A stretch of 61,066 nt of DNA, the filler included. It is 10 parts of 10 records of this genome, joined end to end, with 100 filler letters (N's around TTAATTAATTAA, not from the genome) between each part and the next. Parts side by side here need not be neighbours in the genome. Positions count along the whole stretch, not along the records: positions 31,097 to 36,385 come from SRR15195285_2550; positions 36,486 to 44,337 come from SRR15195285_2554; 8 more parts are not named here. The stretch is one strand, 5' to 3'. This document shows, piece by piece, positions 34,201 through 44,437 of this stretch. The notes beneath the pieces are model-generated. The model saw only the letters and a list, made by a program, of their open reading frames with translations, was not told the DNA's origin and did not search any database. Both the position numbers and the translations under genes were made by a program. How positions within the stretch are numbered: position 1 is the stretch's first letter; the number at the start of each line of letters is the position of its first letter.

Positions 34201-36189
34201 TAGCTTCTTTTCGGATTTTTCCTTCGCCTTGACTTCCTTCTCCTTCCAGTCTTCAATTTCCTGCTCGAACTGCGCAACCCGGTCGGCCATTTCTTTCCGC
34301 AGATTTTCGATCTCTTCGCGCAAGGTCTTTGTAGTCGCCAACTCAAGCGAGAGATTCGCTTCTGTCTTCTCCAATTTGGTCTTGACGGCATTGTACGAGT
34401 TGCCCATCTCCGCTAGATCATCTTGCAGCTTATCTTTGTACACGTTCACCTCCTCTAATGATGTCTTCGTTGTTTTCAGTTCCTCGTCCAAGGTGTCGCC
34501 TCTAATAATCGCCTCTTCCTTTTTGACCACCGCGACCTTTTTCTCTTCCAGTGCAACTCTCGTGTCCTCGATCGCTTGTTTCTTGACATCCTTCACCTCC
34601 TTACGCAGGTCCTCGATTACGCCCTTCAGGGCCAACTGTTGCACCCGCGCATTCTTCGTCTCTGTTTCGATCATCTCCTCTAACTCGGGGATTTGTTTGT
34701 TTCTAGCGGCAAGCTCAATGCGCAGCTGGTCCATCTGGTCGCCGAGCCACCTAATCTTGCTATCCTTTGCCTTCTTCTCTGCGGCCCACTCTTTCTCGTT
34801 TTGCTGTGCATCTGCGGCCGTCTCGTCTCTGTACTGGCGGAAAGCTTCTTGCAGCCGTTTGTGCTGATTCTTCTCGTTTCTCAGCATCGCCTCCAGATCC
34901 CCGATCTGCTGCCGTGCTTGGGTTACAACTTCATGCTTGGACGTCTGAGCTTCCTCCAGTAAGAGCTTCAGGCGGTAGATCTCACCGCCGGGTAGACTAA
35001 GCGCATCCATCAGTGCCTGTACATTCAGCAGCTGTGTCTGCATGGCCTCTTTCTCTTGGCGGTGTCGGAGCAGGTCCGCCACCGCGTCGTCGTACATCTT
35101 CTCTTGCACCTCGAGATCAGCGCTCTTGTCTTCCTGGTCTGCTTTCACTCCCACAATCTCTGCCTGCAATGCTGCGATACGAGCCGTGTTGCTTTCATTC
35201 TCCAGCATCACGCTGACAAGATTGTTGGTGAAAGACGTGCGCTGGATGACCTCTGACACGAAGTTGAACGTGCGCAACACGTTGACGACAGCTCGCGCGC
35301 TTTTCTCGCCTGTGCCCACTACCTCCTGCACCATCTCATGGAACCCAACGGTGTACACGTACAGTGCACGGTACAGCCGGTCGATATCTTTGTCGGCCAA
35401 ACCAGCTTTGCGGAGTTGCTCCTGTGCCACCCCAAGCCGCCTGACACCGCTGGAATCTTGGGTGTCCGCCCGCATGTTAACGTATGTGTTCTCGAACTCC
35501 TGTGTGAGACCTTTGTTCGGGTCACCGATCTCCGCGAGCCCGTACGAAACCACCTCGTCTAGCCAAGAGGACGCCAGGGAGCTGTCCGGAAGGTCACGTT
35601 TCGGGTTGAGGCTAGCGTCGCTTTGCTCCCGCTTCTTCAATCCGTGCATGTCTGGGATTGATAGCCCCGAGCCTTGCAGCACTCCTAACCGAAGCGCGGA
35701 CTCTTCGACGGTCTCCCCACTCGCCACGGTCCCGATCGCCGTCGAGGCGACAGACTCCACGGGCTCAGCAACGGGCTCGTCGTCCTCTTTCCCCCGCCCC
35801 ATCGGTGGCAGCTTGCCACCAGGCTTCTTGCTGCGCTTCTGCCGCTGTGTCGGCGCTGGAGAATGCTGCGACTGCAGCACTCGCGTCATCGGAGACGTCG
35901 CGCGCAGCGCGCGGACGCTCGCCACGCGCCCTTCGATCGACTGCACGCTCGCACTCAGCGACGCAACGCTGGCCGTCTCGATCTTCCGCGACGAGAGCTC
36001 CACCGTCTGCCCCGGGCGCGCCCGGGCCCTCGAGAACATCTGCGGCTGCTTGGGTCTCGGTGCCAGCGCATCGACCGGCAGCATCGGCGGCGGATGCGGC
36101 TGCAGCTCACCCGCGCCCATCCCACCACTCCGGGGCGAAAAAGCCGCCTCCACACCCAGCATCCCTCCAACACCGCCTCCCCAGAACAC
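31237..36189 (-). CDS. Large coiled-coil protein, possibly cilium- or cytoskeleton-associated; start uncertain
   Basis: 1650-aa ORF with a long E/K heptad region. RYGLADLAEAKLLSFIAGIRKH..RIKLFNQFC resembles a segment of TSNAXIP1-like flagellar proteins (recalled, not searched). Confidence 0.75.
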   Translation of the reverse strand: MFWGGGVGGMLGVEAAFSPRSGGMGAGELQPHPPPMLPVDALAPRPKQPQMFSRARARPGQTVELSSRKIETASVASLSASVQSIEGRVASVRALRATSPMTRVLQSQHSPAPTQRQKRSKKPGGKLPPMGRGKEDDEPVAEPVESVASTAIGTVASGETVEESALRLGVLQGSGLSIPDMHGLKKREQSDASLNPKRDLPDSSLASSWLDEVVSYGLAEIGDPNKGLTQEFENTYVNMRADTQDSSGVRRLGVAQEQLRKAGLADKDIDRLYRALYVYTVGFHEMVQEVVGTGEKSARAVVNVLRTFNFVSEVIQRTSFTNNLVSVMLENESNTARIAALQAEIVGVKADQEDKSADLEVQEKMYDDAVADLLRHRQEKEAMQTQLLNVQALMDALSLPGGEIYRLKLLLEEAQTSKHEVVTQARQQIGDLEAMLRNEKNQHKRLQEAFRQYRDETAADAQQNEKEWAAEKKAKDSKIRWLGDQMDQLRIELAARNKQIPELEEMIETETKNARVQQLALKGVIEDLRKEVKDVKKQAIEDTRVALEEKKVAVVKKEEAIIRGDTLDEELKTTKTSLEEVNVYKDKLQDDLAEMGNSYNAVKTKLEKTEANLSLELATTKTLREEIENLRKEMADRVAQFEQEIEDWKEKEVKAKEKSEKKLQQEKEKNAKIVASKDEQLSKLRDTVKNGKLQVQELRDQKAQMKKQWESEVQTLEKKVSKLEKTIENRDATIEKLKEDKAGLEATIKKLKKDIEKLKSKAKKDLAKQKEEYEAQITELSMQINKLKKTVSDFEKDKASLKAALEREIQEFKEAREMVVRNMQSFEKQLSIKEKKLEEESLRKVSHQQGQIEKLSKTVNKLDHYRQNLVRQRETLRQNLIRNANELQFAQDETEIVRGEVGELKTQIKKLEMYLRRYRERFQSADVGCQAGLDVVMEDTVGKIEELTTQLKNGDSDGANKPLQMMELAMQLVEVLEESANLPRGSVSRFFRIAIDEYDVHEDRVKQEVATTNIRYGTVQKENKAISDKWGAVKKELLMSEKKVSTLAARRSELVAEIERGPPELETLAQAAEDAKADTLKWQKLYEGAAASFTAVAQSAAHRIRDRDLRGAQDYQRALQQCDANTPITQEVLGDIEAEVSANADLTASELIAAAEDVIERGKEAGINVDVAEKAMEELGTLQETVTTLIEEKDEFARRVKEMSNEHAAFVEQVASANCEPSGAEIPPIQHPSGSTESLCVTSHPVGVYASWHERHQRAAQTWNDVTAMVERVPDSKPMSADSVQAAILGIYMEKVHAELIQGKVPSNMCDFTVRTFEDRYGLADLAEAKLLSFIAGIRKHRHAALRIKLFNQFCRLDPSDETATAINRGAQAQEYFLNILHSLHGFMGRDQVDDGPFQTVDKLGTTTGSLHSTAAGDDFGWATRWLASPQTLSGTSNTETPKDRRSAADSHVGTRVMVPLDIVRAVAASIFAAEAPAVVPKILQFIEAARGEGTDGPDQAAPLGSAELDVVLMGFMRVWEEGIVRRLASMQGLFVTSGGRGVHQAVPFGRQVGEVKTMLTAHNWNPAVAAFSTAANAASDAVEADGDTGGQVQRLTKALQSTNLLLSKTIQLLARQQEGSAAWSAYQLLMDGLQRVANAASASPSADVL

Positions 36190-36385
36190 TGAAGCAGCGC
36201 TACGGCATCTTCGCCCGGTCTGTCTTGTGTGCGTTTCGCCGCCGCCCTCGGCTCCAAGCGCGTGTCCTTGGACACACTGAGCGCACGGGAACCAACCTCA
36301 AAAAAACCACCTCTAAGACCCACCACCACCACCACCGCCACCACCGCCGCCACCACCTCCTCCTCCTTCTCCTCCTCCTCCTCCT

Positions 36386-36485
36386 NNNNNNNNNNNNNNN
36401 NNNNNNNNNNNNNNNNNNNNNNNNNNNNNTTAATTAATTAANNNNNNNNNNNNNNNNNNNNNNNNNNNNNNNNNNNNNNNNNNNN
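36386..36485. other. Artificial contig linker
   Basis: N44-TTAATTAATTAA-N44. Confidence 0.98.
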
Positions 36486-36909
36486 GCTCTGGCTCCGGCT
36501 CTGGCTCCGGCTCTGTCTCCAGTGGTGGTGGCTGCTCTCTTGGTGGGTGTGGCTTCCGAGCAGGGCGGCGGTGACGTCCGGGCTCAGCTTGCGGCTCTGT
36601 ATCGGCCTCCTGATGCTCCTGTAGCTGCTGTTCCTGCGTGCCAACCTTTCGCGCAAGCTCATGCTGATCAAGCGCCTCGACGAGCCACCGCGCAGCCTTC
36701 TCGACGCTTTGATTGCCAGTGGACAGCGCAGCCTCCGCAGCGAGGTGCTCGTCGAACCCCATCGCCTGTAGCCCGCGTATCACGCGTTGATTCGGTCGGT
36801 CGTCAGCACCCCCATGTGCACCAGCACCTCGCCGAGGGCCCGCACCTGCAGCTACTGCGGCCTGCCCCCCGGGCGCTTCAAAGCTGGCGTGCCTGTCGCG
36901 TTGGCGCAT
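36486..36909 (-). CDS. UBA-domain protein; 3' end truncated at a (PE)n repeat
   Basis: LQAMGFDEHLAAEAALSTGNQSVEKAARWL. Confidence 0.75.
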
Positions 36910-38202
36910 AGGTATACGCTCGCCCCCCGGTCCAATAGACCGTAAGCAATCAAGCCGTCCCCTACTGAGTATTGCGTCAAATGACGGCCAAGCTTACCTT
37001 GGCTATAGTGTCGGCTGTATATTGCTTATATATCCCCCATACACTCTCTCAGGCAGTGTGATTTTGGAGTGACTGGGGGATTGACTGCTGCGGCTCGCCT
37101 CCACAGACAGAGGTCCCTTGAAACTGCGCACCCGATCAACTGGCACACATGCTTACCCGCCGGTCGAAGCTCGGGCTTGCTCGCGTACGCCGAGGGTTCC
37201 ATCGACCACTGGCAATGCGTGCGCACGTCTCTCCCGTCAGTGCAGCTCCGGTGCGTGGCCCGCTCGGGAGCTCCGCCCCCCGCCACGCACGTGTGTGCCG
37301 CCCGAGTGCGACGCCGGAGTGCGCATGCATGTGTTAACACATGCGTCGATCACGGGACACGGATCAGGAAGCTAGAGGATACGAACGCGAGGAAGAAGCA
37401 CTTAAAAAATGCATATTGCATATAATAGGCGCATAGGCCCTTGCGGGTCAGTACCCAGGTTGCAGCATCAGTTGTACTCAGAGATCTAGTACGTGCTCCC
37501 CGACATTCTCCCCGGCGATTGTAGACATGTTTGTTTACCGGTACGGTACAGTCAACACCGATCACCGTGATTGTTTGGAAAACTCAGACTTCCTGGAATT
37601 CTGATGGAAAATACGGTCGAGCTTGCACACAGATTTGTTCTCTTCAAACTGAATCTAAAGTGAATGTATTTGTATGTGCGGAAGTGCACAAAATTGCAAG
37701 TTCGAAGAGGAACAATGAGTCGTATATATACGGGAAACTCCTGGAATCACTATACGAGTTTCAAGCGCTGGCCGGGAGCCCAGGGGGCCGGGTGCCCCTC
37801 GCGCGCAGATCCGTCGCGCGACGTCCAGCGATCTCGCGAGTGCGTGCGTGCGTCGCCGGCGCCGCCGGCGCCGGCTGGACGACCCCCGCTGCCGCGCCGC
37901 TGCGCTGGGCTTTCTCGAGAGCTTGCTCGCGTGCGGCCGGGTGTCCGTCGCCAGTGCATGGAACTGGGCCTAACCGAAGCCTTCCTAACCCTGTGCTTCG
38001 CCACTGCGCTGTTCTACCTCGTAACTAGCACTCGGATACTCACTCACTCAATCTTCGACAGATCTCATAAGGGCGCTGCTGCATGAACAGTTTTGCATCA
38101 GGATTGTGCGCTATTTTGAAGTGTGCTGCTCACAGTTGTCATTGGTTGGAACAGGTACGTTCACGCAGCGACGCGGCCGTTGAAGCGACGCGGGCAAGCA
38201 CA

Positions 38203-39875
38203 ATGTCTGATTCTGCGGTCGTTGGGGTCGCGAAGCTCGGGTTCCCATGGCAGACCTCCGATCCGTTCCTGTTCTGCGTATACCACGACGACCTGTTCCC
38301 GCCAGGCGACGAGGATCTTGGGCCAGCGATCCCGCAGCATCTGCTCTGGCGCGGCCGCAACCGTGGCGCCGACTTCGGAGGCAAGTGGAACATGTACCAT
38401 GGCGAGAAGGTGCGTGACTGCTCTCTGTCTACGCCCCGCGCGCTGCAAAAGGTGCATTCGGAAAGTTGCAGCGTAAACGCGACTCGCACGCGTGGGCCAG
38501 GTGCCTGGTTTTCCACGGCACCCGCACCGAGGGTTTGAAACAGTCACAGTGGTGCGCCACGGCCTAATCGATCATACGGACGGGCTGGGCAATGGCGGCA
38601 GGTTCGGTTTCGGCGACACACAATGGATGACTGCTGGCAAGGGCATTACTCACTCTGAAATGTTTCCGCTGCTCAAGCAGGACGGAGAAAACCGGTAGGC
38701 TGCATCAGTCAGGACCACGTGAAACGAGATGGCGCTAAATTTCGAATGTCGTGCGCCTAGGCTCGAGCTGTTTCAAATCTGGCTGAACCTTCCCGCGGCG
38801 AGCAAAATGGTGGAGCCGCACTTCAAGATGCTCTGGTCAGAGCAGCTGCTGCACCATCCTATTTCAGACGCAGGTGGCAAAAAGACTGTGGTCACAACTG
38901 TTGCTGGAAAGCTACAACCAGGGACTGCAGAAGGCCCGCAACCGACTCCGCCACCGAACAGCTACGCTGCTAGCCCCGATTGTAGGTTGCATCAATCTGT
39001 ACTCCTTGTCCCTACTGGCAGACTCGCGTTCTGGGGTTAAAGGATGACAGAGAATGTTCATCCTCGTCGTCGCTCGTTGCGTGGTACGGCTGGTTTCGTG
39101 CGTTTGCAGCGGACGTGGCAATTTGGACCATAGAGATGGAAGCAGGCGCCAGCTGGACACTGCCGCCGGCAGCAAGCGCCGAGACGACACGAACGTTGTA
39201 CTTTTTTGGTGGTGATACTGTGACAGTAGGAGGCCGGCAGTTCAAAGGGCACGCAGCATTGACTCTACGCCCTACAGAACGTGAGCTAGCCTTGCTTCAT
39301 TTGTTGTAGTCATCAGTCTCAAGACTACGCGTAAGACCTACGCCTTACTAGTACGTTGTGGTTTCTAGCGTGTGCAATTGAAGCTGGCGACAGCAGTACG
39401 GTCGAGTTTCTGTTGTTGCAAGGCCGACCGATCGGAGAGCCGGTCGTTCAGCACGGTCCGTTTGTGATGAACAGCAAGCAAGAAATCATGCAAGCGTTTG
39501 CCGACTATCAGGTGCGACTCTCAGCGGCCTGCCGTAGTCCTATAACATGTGAGGTGCTCAGAGTAGTAGACGGACTGCAGATCGGCAATCACGGCTCTAG
39601 TTCCTGATGTAGTACCGATTGCGCGTCGTTTCTGCGGCGTACTATCCTGTCTGTGCTTCTCACTTGGCATGTGTGCCTGTGGATTGCGGTGCTTTCGCGT
39701 CAAACAGCGCACTGAATTCGAAGGCCCTGGTGGTTGGCCGTTCGAGACAGATGGTAGTGACGACCACGCAAAGGTATGGCCTCGGGACAAGGGGCGCTTC
39801 GCACTATATGCTGATGGACATGAAGACGTCCCGTCAGCCGCTGGAGAGGGCGGAGGCTCGGGAGCTGGTCAGTGA
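38203..39875 (+). CDS. Pirin-family bicupin protein, multi-exon
   Basis: [63 protein letters not shown]; five GT-AG introns. Confidence 0.92.
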
Positions 39876-39936
39876 TCGAATTGAACGGGGTTGTACTAGA
39901 TCTAGTTCAACCCAACACCCAGCAGGTGCTCCGTTC

Positions 39937-40881
39937 TCAAATGGCCTCGTACTCAGCTCGCTGCGACACCCGCACGTAGTCGATGTAGTGATGCGCGGGA
40001 AACATCGTGGCGGCGTTTGGCTCTCCTGGCCAACTCCCACCCACTGCAGAGTTGAGCATCATGAAGTGGTTGTTCTGGGGTAGCATCGCAGGGTCGCTGT
40101 AAGACTTATATGGTTTTTGATCCACGAAGAATGTGAGTTTCTTTGGCGTCCACTCGATTGCGTACTCGTGAAACGTGGTCCAGTAGTCAGGGACCTTCAC
40201 ACTACCAGATCCAGCGCGCACTGGCTTCCCAGAACAGTTGCTGCCTGCAGGCCCGCCACCGTCTGGACCCCAGTACCAGTATGTACCTTCACACAACGGC
40301 ACCGGGATGCGCTGAGCAATTTTGCCGTAGTGCGACATCGTATGCGTTGCAGGACGGGTGGTGTCTTGCGTACCGTGAGCTTCGCCGTCCCCATCAACCA
40401 TTTCCATTATGTCGAGTTCACAGTAGCCGCAGTGTTTAGAATAATCTGCAGGCATCATCCAGTGTGCTGGCCACAGCCCCGCCGATTTCCCAGGGCCGCC
40501 GCCCGGGAGCTTTGCACGAACGCAAAAGCGACCGTACTGCCAGGAGATGCCGACGTAGCCAGGTGGGGCTGTCTTGTAGTTGCGCTGGTTGGTAATGGCT
40601 GCGCCAGTCGTCCAGCGCTTGCCGCCGGGTAGCGCGCGAGAGCGCAGAACTAGCATGCCATCCTGCACATACGTATCTTCTTCCGTCACGTTGGCCTCGC
40701 GGCCGAGGCTGCTGCCAACGCCCACAGGGATGGCCCAGATACTTCGGTTCAGAGCAGCAGCGTCGAACTCATCTTGCCACGCGACGCTCCATCCGTGCTC
40801 CGCATCGCAGAGGGATCTGGCAGCTGCCGTAGCCAGCTTAGGCCACAGTAAGACCGTCGCCAGACAGACACCCAACAGCAT
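39937..40881 (-). CDS. Secreted GH16 beta-1,3-glucanase (laminarinase-like)
   Basis: Signal peptide, WQDEFD, GLWPAHWMMP, catalytic ELDIME, FHEYAIEW, IDYVRV; in-frame intron 40287-40373. Confidence 0.92.
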   Translation of the reverse strand: MLLGVCLATVLLWPKLATAAARSLCDAEHGWSVAWQDEFDAAALNRSIWAIPVGVGSSLGREANVTEEDTYVQDGMLVLRSRALPGGKRWTTGAAITNQRNYKTAPPGYVGISWQYGRFCVRAKLPGGGPGKSAGLWPAHWMMPADYSKHCGYCELDIMEMVDGDGEAHGTQDTTRPATHTMSHYGKIAQRIPVPLCEGTYWYWGPDGGGPAGSNCSGKPVRAGSGSVKVPDYWTTFHEYAIEWTPKKLTFFVDQKPYKSYSDPAMLPQNNHFMMLNSAVGGSWPGEPNAATMFPAHHYIDYVRVSQRAEYEAI

Positions 40882-41422
40882 GCGTGGCGGTGGTCCGGAG
40901 CTCCTCGCGCGGGGCTATCGTTGCGTACGTAAACAGACCGCCATCACCATCGATCTTGGATTTCGTTGCAGCGCCGCCGGCGATCGTATGTATCGCGCGC
41001 GCGCGCCGGACCTTATATGATAAAACTTAAAAGCTTCGCTCATCATTACACTGATGCATTCCCCTATAGTACATTTTTTCAAAAAACAACACAATACACT
41101 GATGTATGTAGATCTATCGCCCCCGCGCCGGCGCGCTAGCTAGAGCTAACCCCTAACAACAAGAGAAACTGCGCAGTACCCAGGTTGACGGCCGTATTAT
41201 AATCCTCTCGGTTGACCGTGACGCTGACGGATCCACGCGCGCGCGCGCGCCCGCGCGCGACCCGCCACGCATCCGGCCAAATTCAATTATCCGCGCAGAT
41301 TCCGAATGTGCACGCGACGGAGCCCTGAGGGGTGGTACCCGGGCACGAGCCGCTCCCTCCTAGCTAGCGCCCCTTAGGTAGGTGCACAAAGCGCCGGTCG
41401 GTCGCGTCAAGATCGCGGCGAA

Positions 41423-42421
41423 ATGCGTGTGCAGCCACTTGAGGGTGAGCATGGCTTCGGTGCCGTGGTGACGGAGCTAGCAGAGCCACTGGATGCCGCG
41501 GCACTACGATCCGTGTGGCTCCAGCATGGGGGATTGATCGTCGTGCGTGGATTCGTGTCTGCAGACAGGCCGGAGCGACTGGTCGAGCTGGCGAGCACGA
41601 TCGGTGAAGTCAACCGGCGCGGAGGGCTGAACGTCCCACCACCCGATGAGGCGGCCGGCACCAAATTGTGGAGCGAGGAGCTGCGACGACACGTGCAGAC
41701 TGGGTTCGACCAGCACGCTGTCGGAACGAGCGAGGCGCCCTCTGATGTAATGCCGTCGCCGCTGGACGACGCTGGTGAGACAAGTCTCAGCTGGCATACC
41801 GACCAGTCGTTTATTCTGGAACCTGCCAAGGCGACCTGTTTCTTCTGCGTGCGCTGCCCAAACCGTGGCGCAGACACTCTGTTCGTCAACACCGCCATCG
41901 GCTGGGAGCGACTCGAACCAGAGCTGCAGAGCCTTGCAGCAAGGAGCGTGGCCGTGCATGTCGCTGGTGGAACCAACGCGGGTGCATTTCAGTCTGGACT
42001 TGATGAGGGTAATGCCACTGCACACTCAGTCGTTCGGCGTCACCCCGAGACGGGTCGCCACTGCCTGTACCTGTCGCCAGAAAATACTGCACGCGTGAAA
42101 GGGATCGAGCCAGCGTCCGCCGGACGTGCCCTAGTTCAGTGGATCGTTCGTGCTGTGCTCGGCAATGACGACCCGGAGCGCTACGTGTACCGTCATGTCT
42201 GGCGGGTGGGCGATGCTGTGCTGTGGGATAATCGCCAAATGATCCACCGCGCGACTCCTTTCCGTGGCACTGGCAGCGATAATACAGACAGGGCACACAA
42301 GGAGCGCCTGATGTGGCGCGTGACTGTGCGCGGTGGAGTCCCCGGGTCGCCATCAGTACTGGTAGCAGCGAGCACCCCAACTGCCACTGAAGTAGAAATT
42401 GCAAGGCAAGTGAAGCTGTGA
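41423..42421 (+). CDS. TauD/TfdA-family Fe(II)/2-oxoglutarate dioxygenase
   Basis: WHTD, DTLF, HSVVRRHPETGR, WRVGDAVLWDNRQMIHR, distal R. Confidence 0.92.
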   Translation: MRVQPLEGEHGFGAVVTELAEPLDAAALRSVWLQHGGLIVVRGFVSADRPERLVELASTIGEVNRRGGLNVPPPDEAAGTKLWSEELRRHVQTGFDQHAVGTSEAPSDVMPSPLDDAGETSLSWHTDQSFILEPAKATCFFCVRCPNRGADTLFVNTAIGWERLEPELQSLAARSVAVHVAGGTNAGAFQSGLDEGNATAHSVVRRHPETGRHCLYLSPENTARVKGIEPASAGRALVQWIVRAVLGNDDPERYVYRHVWRVGDAVLWDNRQMIHRATPFRGTGSDNTDRAHKERLMWRVTVRGGVPGSPSVLVAASTPTATEVEIARQVKL

Positions 42422-42596
42422 GGTCCGAGAGTGCCAGTGAGGAGTGAGAGCGCCAAGTATAGCTGTGACTGTGTCACGACTAGAATCCGATTTAAATGTA
42501 ATTATTGATTATTGACCCATACATGTATGCAGTGTGTACGAATATTTCAAGCAACCACAGAGCAACTGACCACAAAGAACCACGCATCATGATCTA

Positions 42597-44264
42597 CTAA
42601 AGCCGCTGTGGAAGACCAAGCCCTGCACGATATTCAACGGCATAAGACGAATTATCGGGTACATCCAGCGCTGAGTAGAATTCCGCCTGCAAATCCAAGA
42701 TCTCTGTCTTTAGCTTCTCGATATCAAACGAAGCATGCGCGCCTTCAGCCACCACACGCTCGCCGCCGACGAAGACAGTGTGAACTTGCGATCCACCAAT
42801 GGTTGGGCGCGCAGACGATAGAACCAGAGATACAATCGGATCAGCATGAGGGAGGAGGCTGAAAGCGTCGAGGTCATAGAGCACGCAGTCTGCTACAGCT
42901 CCGACTTCGATGCGCCCCACCTGGCTGCTTGCGGCATCGACACCAACTGTCACGGCCTTCTTACCACAGCGACACCCAAGATCAAATATCTGCTTCGGTG
43001 ATGGCCAGTCTCGATACTCTGCAGTAGAGGGGTTGTGTATGAGGCTCGCGAACTTTGTGACCTCCAGAATATCTTGAGAGTCAACGCCGGATCCCGAGCC
43101 ATCCACACCCAGCCCTACGTTGACGCCAGCGCTTAGCATCGCAGGAAGGTTCGCAATGCCAGCTCCGAGCCGTAGGTTTGAGATTGGATTGTGTGACACC
43201 GTGCACCCACGTGCTGCAAGGAGCGCCATATCTCCTCCAGACAAGTGTACACCGTGCGCAAGCGTGGTACCAGCCCCTAAAAACCCGGTCCCATCCAGCG
43301 TCGTTACCGTCCCGTGCACTTCCATGTTGTCCGCGCCACGGTAGTTTGCAGCCGAGGAGCCGATACCAGCGTCACCATAACGCTGCGAAGACGAAAGCGG
43401 CTGGTGCAGTCCTTCGAGAAGGTGGGTCGTCCCGAAAACACCCTCATGCTCCGCCATGATCTCGGCAGCGCCAGCAAACAGCTCTTTGGAGCAGGTAGTT
43501 TCGTTGTGCGGCGCGAGGATGATAGACAGCCTCTCACTTTCCGTCTGATGAAGCTCGGAGATAGCACGGCGCCAAAACGCTAAGGCTGCGGTGGTGCGCG
43601 CAGGATCCATGTCAGGCCGCTTGATGCGCGGCGAGCCGTCTTCACCTAGGCCCGTCAGGCCTGGCGGCAGCACGCAGCCGGGCGGCGGCATGCCCATGAA
43701 GTTTGCGGTGAAGGTTCCTTCAGCGGAATCGTTGAGATGGGGACCGAGGAAGCAGCGAATACCTGTGCTGCGATAGCCATCAGCTGCAGCCTTGAGGCAG
43801 CGCATCGCCAATTCTTCGTCACCCGTATCCGGTAGTGTGATCATGTCGATGAGTGAGGTTCCGCCGCTGAGTAGGGTGCTCAGCCCTGTCATGCATGCGC
43901 CCACGCGGTAGCGACGCACGAGCTCGTCGTCGCTAGGCTGTGGCTGGCTCGGGTGGTCTGCAGGCAGGCCGACGCGCGTGGCCACCATCATCTCGAGCGG
44001 CAACGGTGCGAGCGCGCCCTTTGCGAAGAAATTGTTGCTGTGGGTGTGGGCATTGTGGAGGCCAGGGAGCAGCAGCTTGTTCGTCCCGTCCACCACTGTG
44101 AAATCCGCACCGCTCCGCGACTCGTCGCACGTGCTCGTACATGTAGCCGGGCTGGTGACTTGGACGATGAAGCCGTCCGAAATGAGAACATCAGCAGTCG
44201 CGTAGCCCTGATCAGCTCCTACACCTCCTTTTGGGAGCAGGCAGCCACGGATGAGGTACGACAT
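42597..44264 (-). CDS. Metal-dependent amidohydrolase, AtzA/TRZ/MTA-SAH deaminase-like
   Basis: PGLHNAHTH, THLLE, AHGVH, HNPISNLRLGAG, GLGVDG, GRIEVGAVAD. Confidence 0.9.
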   Translation of the reverse strand: MSYLIRGCLLPKGGVGADQGYATADVLISDGFIVQVTSPATCTSTCDESRSGADFTVVDGTNKLLLPGLHNAHTHSNNFFAKGALAPLPLEMMVATRVGLPADHPSQPQPSDDELVRRYRVGACMTGLSTLLSGGTSLIDMITLPDTGDEELAMRCLKAAADGYRSTGIRCFLGPHLNDSAEGTFTANFMGMPPPGCVLPPGLTGLGEDGSPRIKRPDMDPARTTAALAFWRRAISELHQTESERLSIILAPHNETTCSKELFAGAAEIMAEHEGVFGTTHLLEGLHQPLSSSQRYGDAGIGSSAANYRGADNMEVHGTVTTLDGTGFLGAGTTLAHGVHLSGGDMALLAARGCTVSHNPISNLRLGAGIANLPAMLSAGVNVGLGVDGSGSGVDSQDILEVTKFASLIHNPSTAEYRDWPSPKQIFDLGCRCGKKAVTVGVDAASSQVGRIEVGAVADCVLYDLDAFSLLPHADPIVSLVLSSARPTIGGSQVHTVFVGGERVVAEGAHASFDIEKLKTEILDLQAEFYSALDVPDNSSYAVEYRAGLGLPQRL

Positions 44265-44337
44265 CGTCCCTCCCACCGATTAGCGGCGACCAACCACTGT
44301 GCGCCGAGTGCGTCGATCAGACCCAAGGCCCTTGAGT

Positions 44338-44437
44338 NNNNNNNNNNNNNNNNNNNNNNNNNNNNNNNNNNNNNNNNNNNNTTAATTAATTAANNNNNNN
44401 NNNNNNNNNNNNNNNNNNNNNNNNNNNNNNNNNNNNN
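44338..44437. other. Artificial contig linker
   Basis: N44-TTAATTAATTAA-N44. Confidence 0.98.

Noticed and set aside
41145-41160. ctaacccctaac as telomeric repeat
   Set aside because: Under three imperfect units at an internal position.
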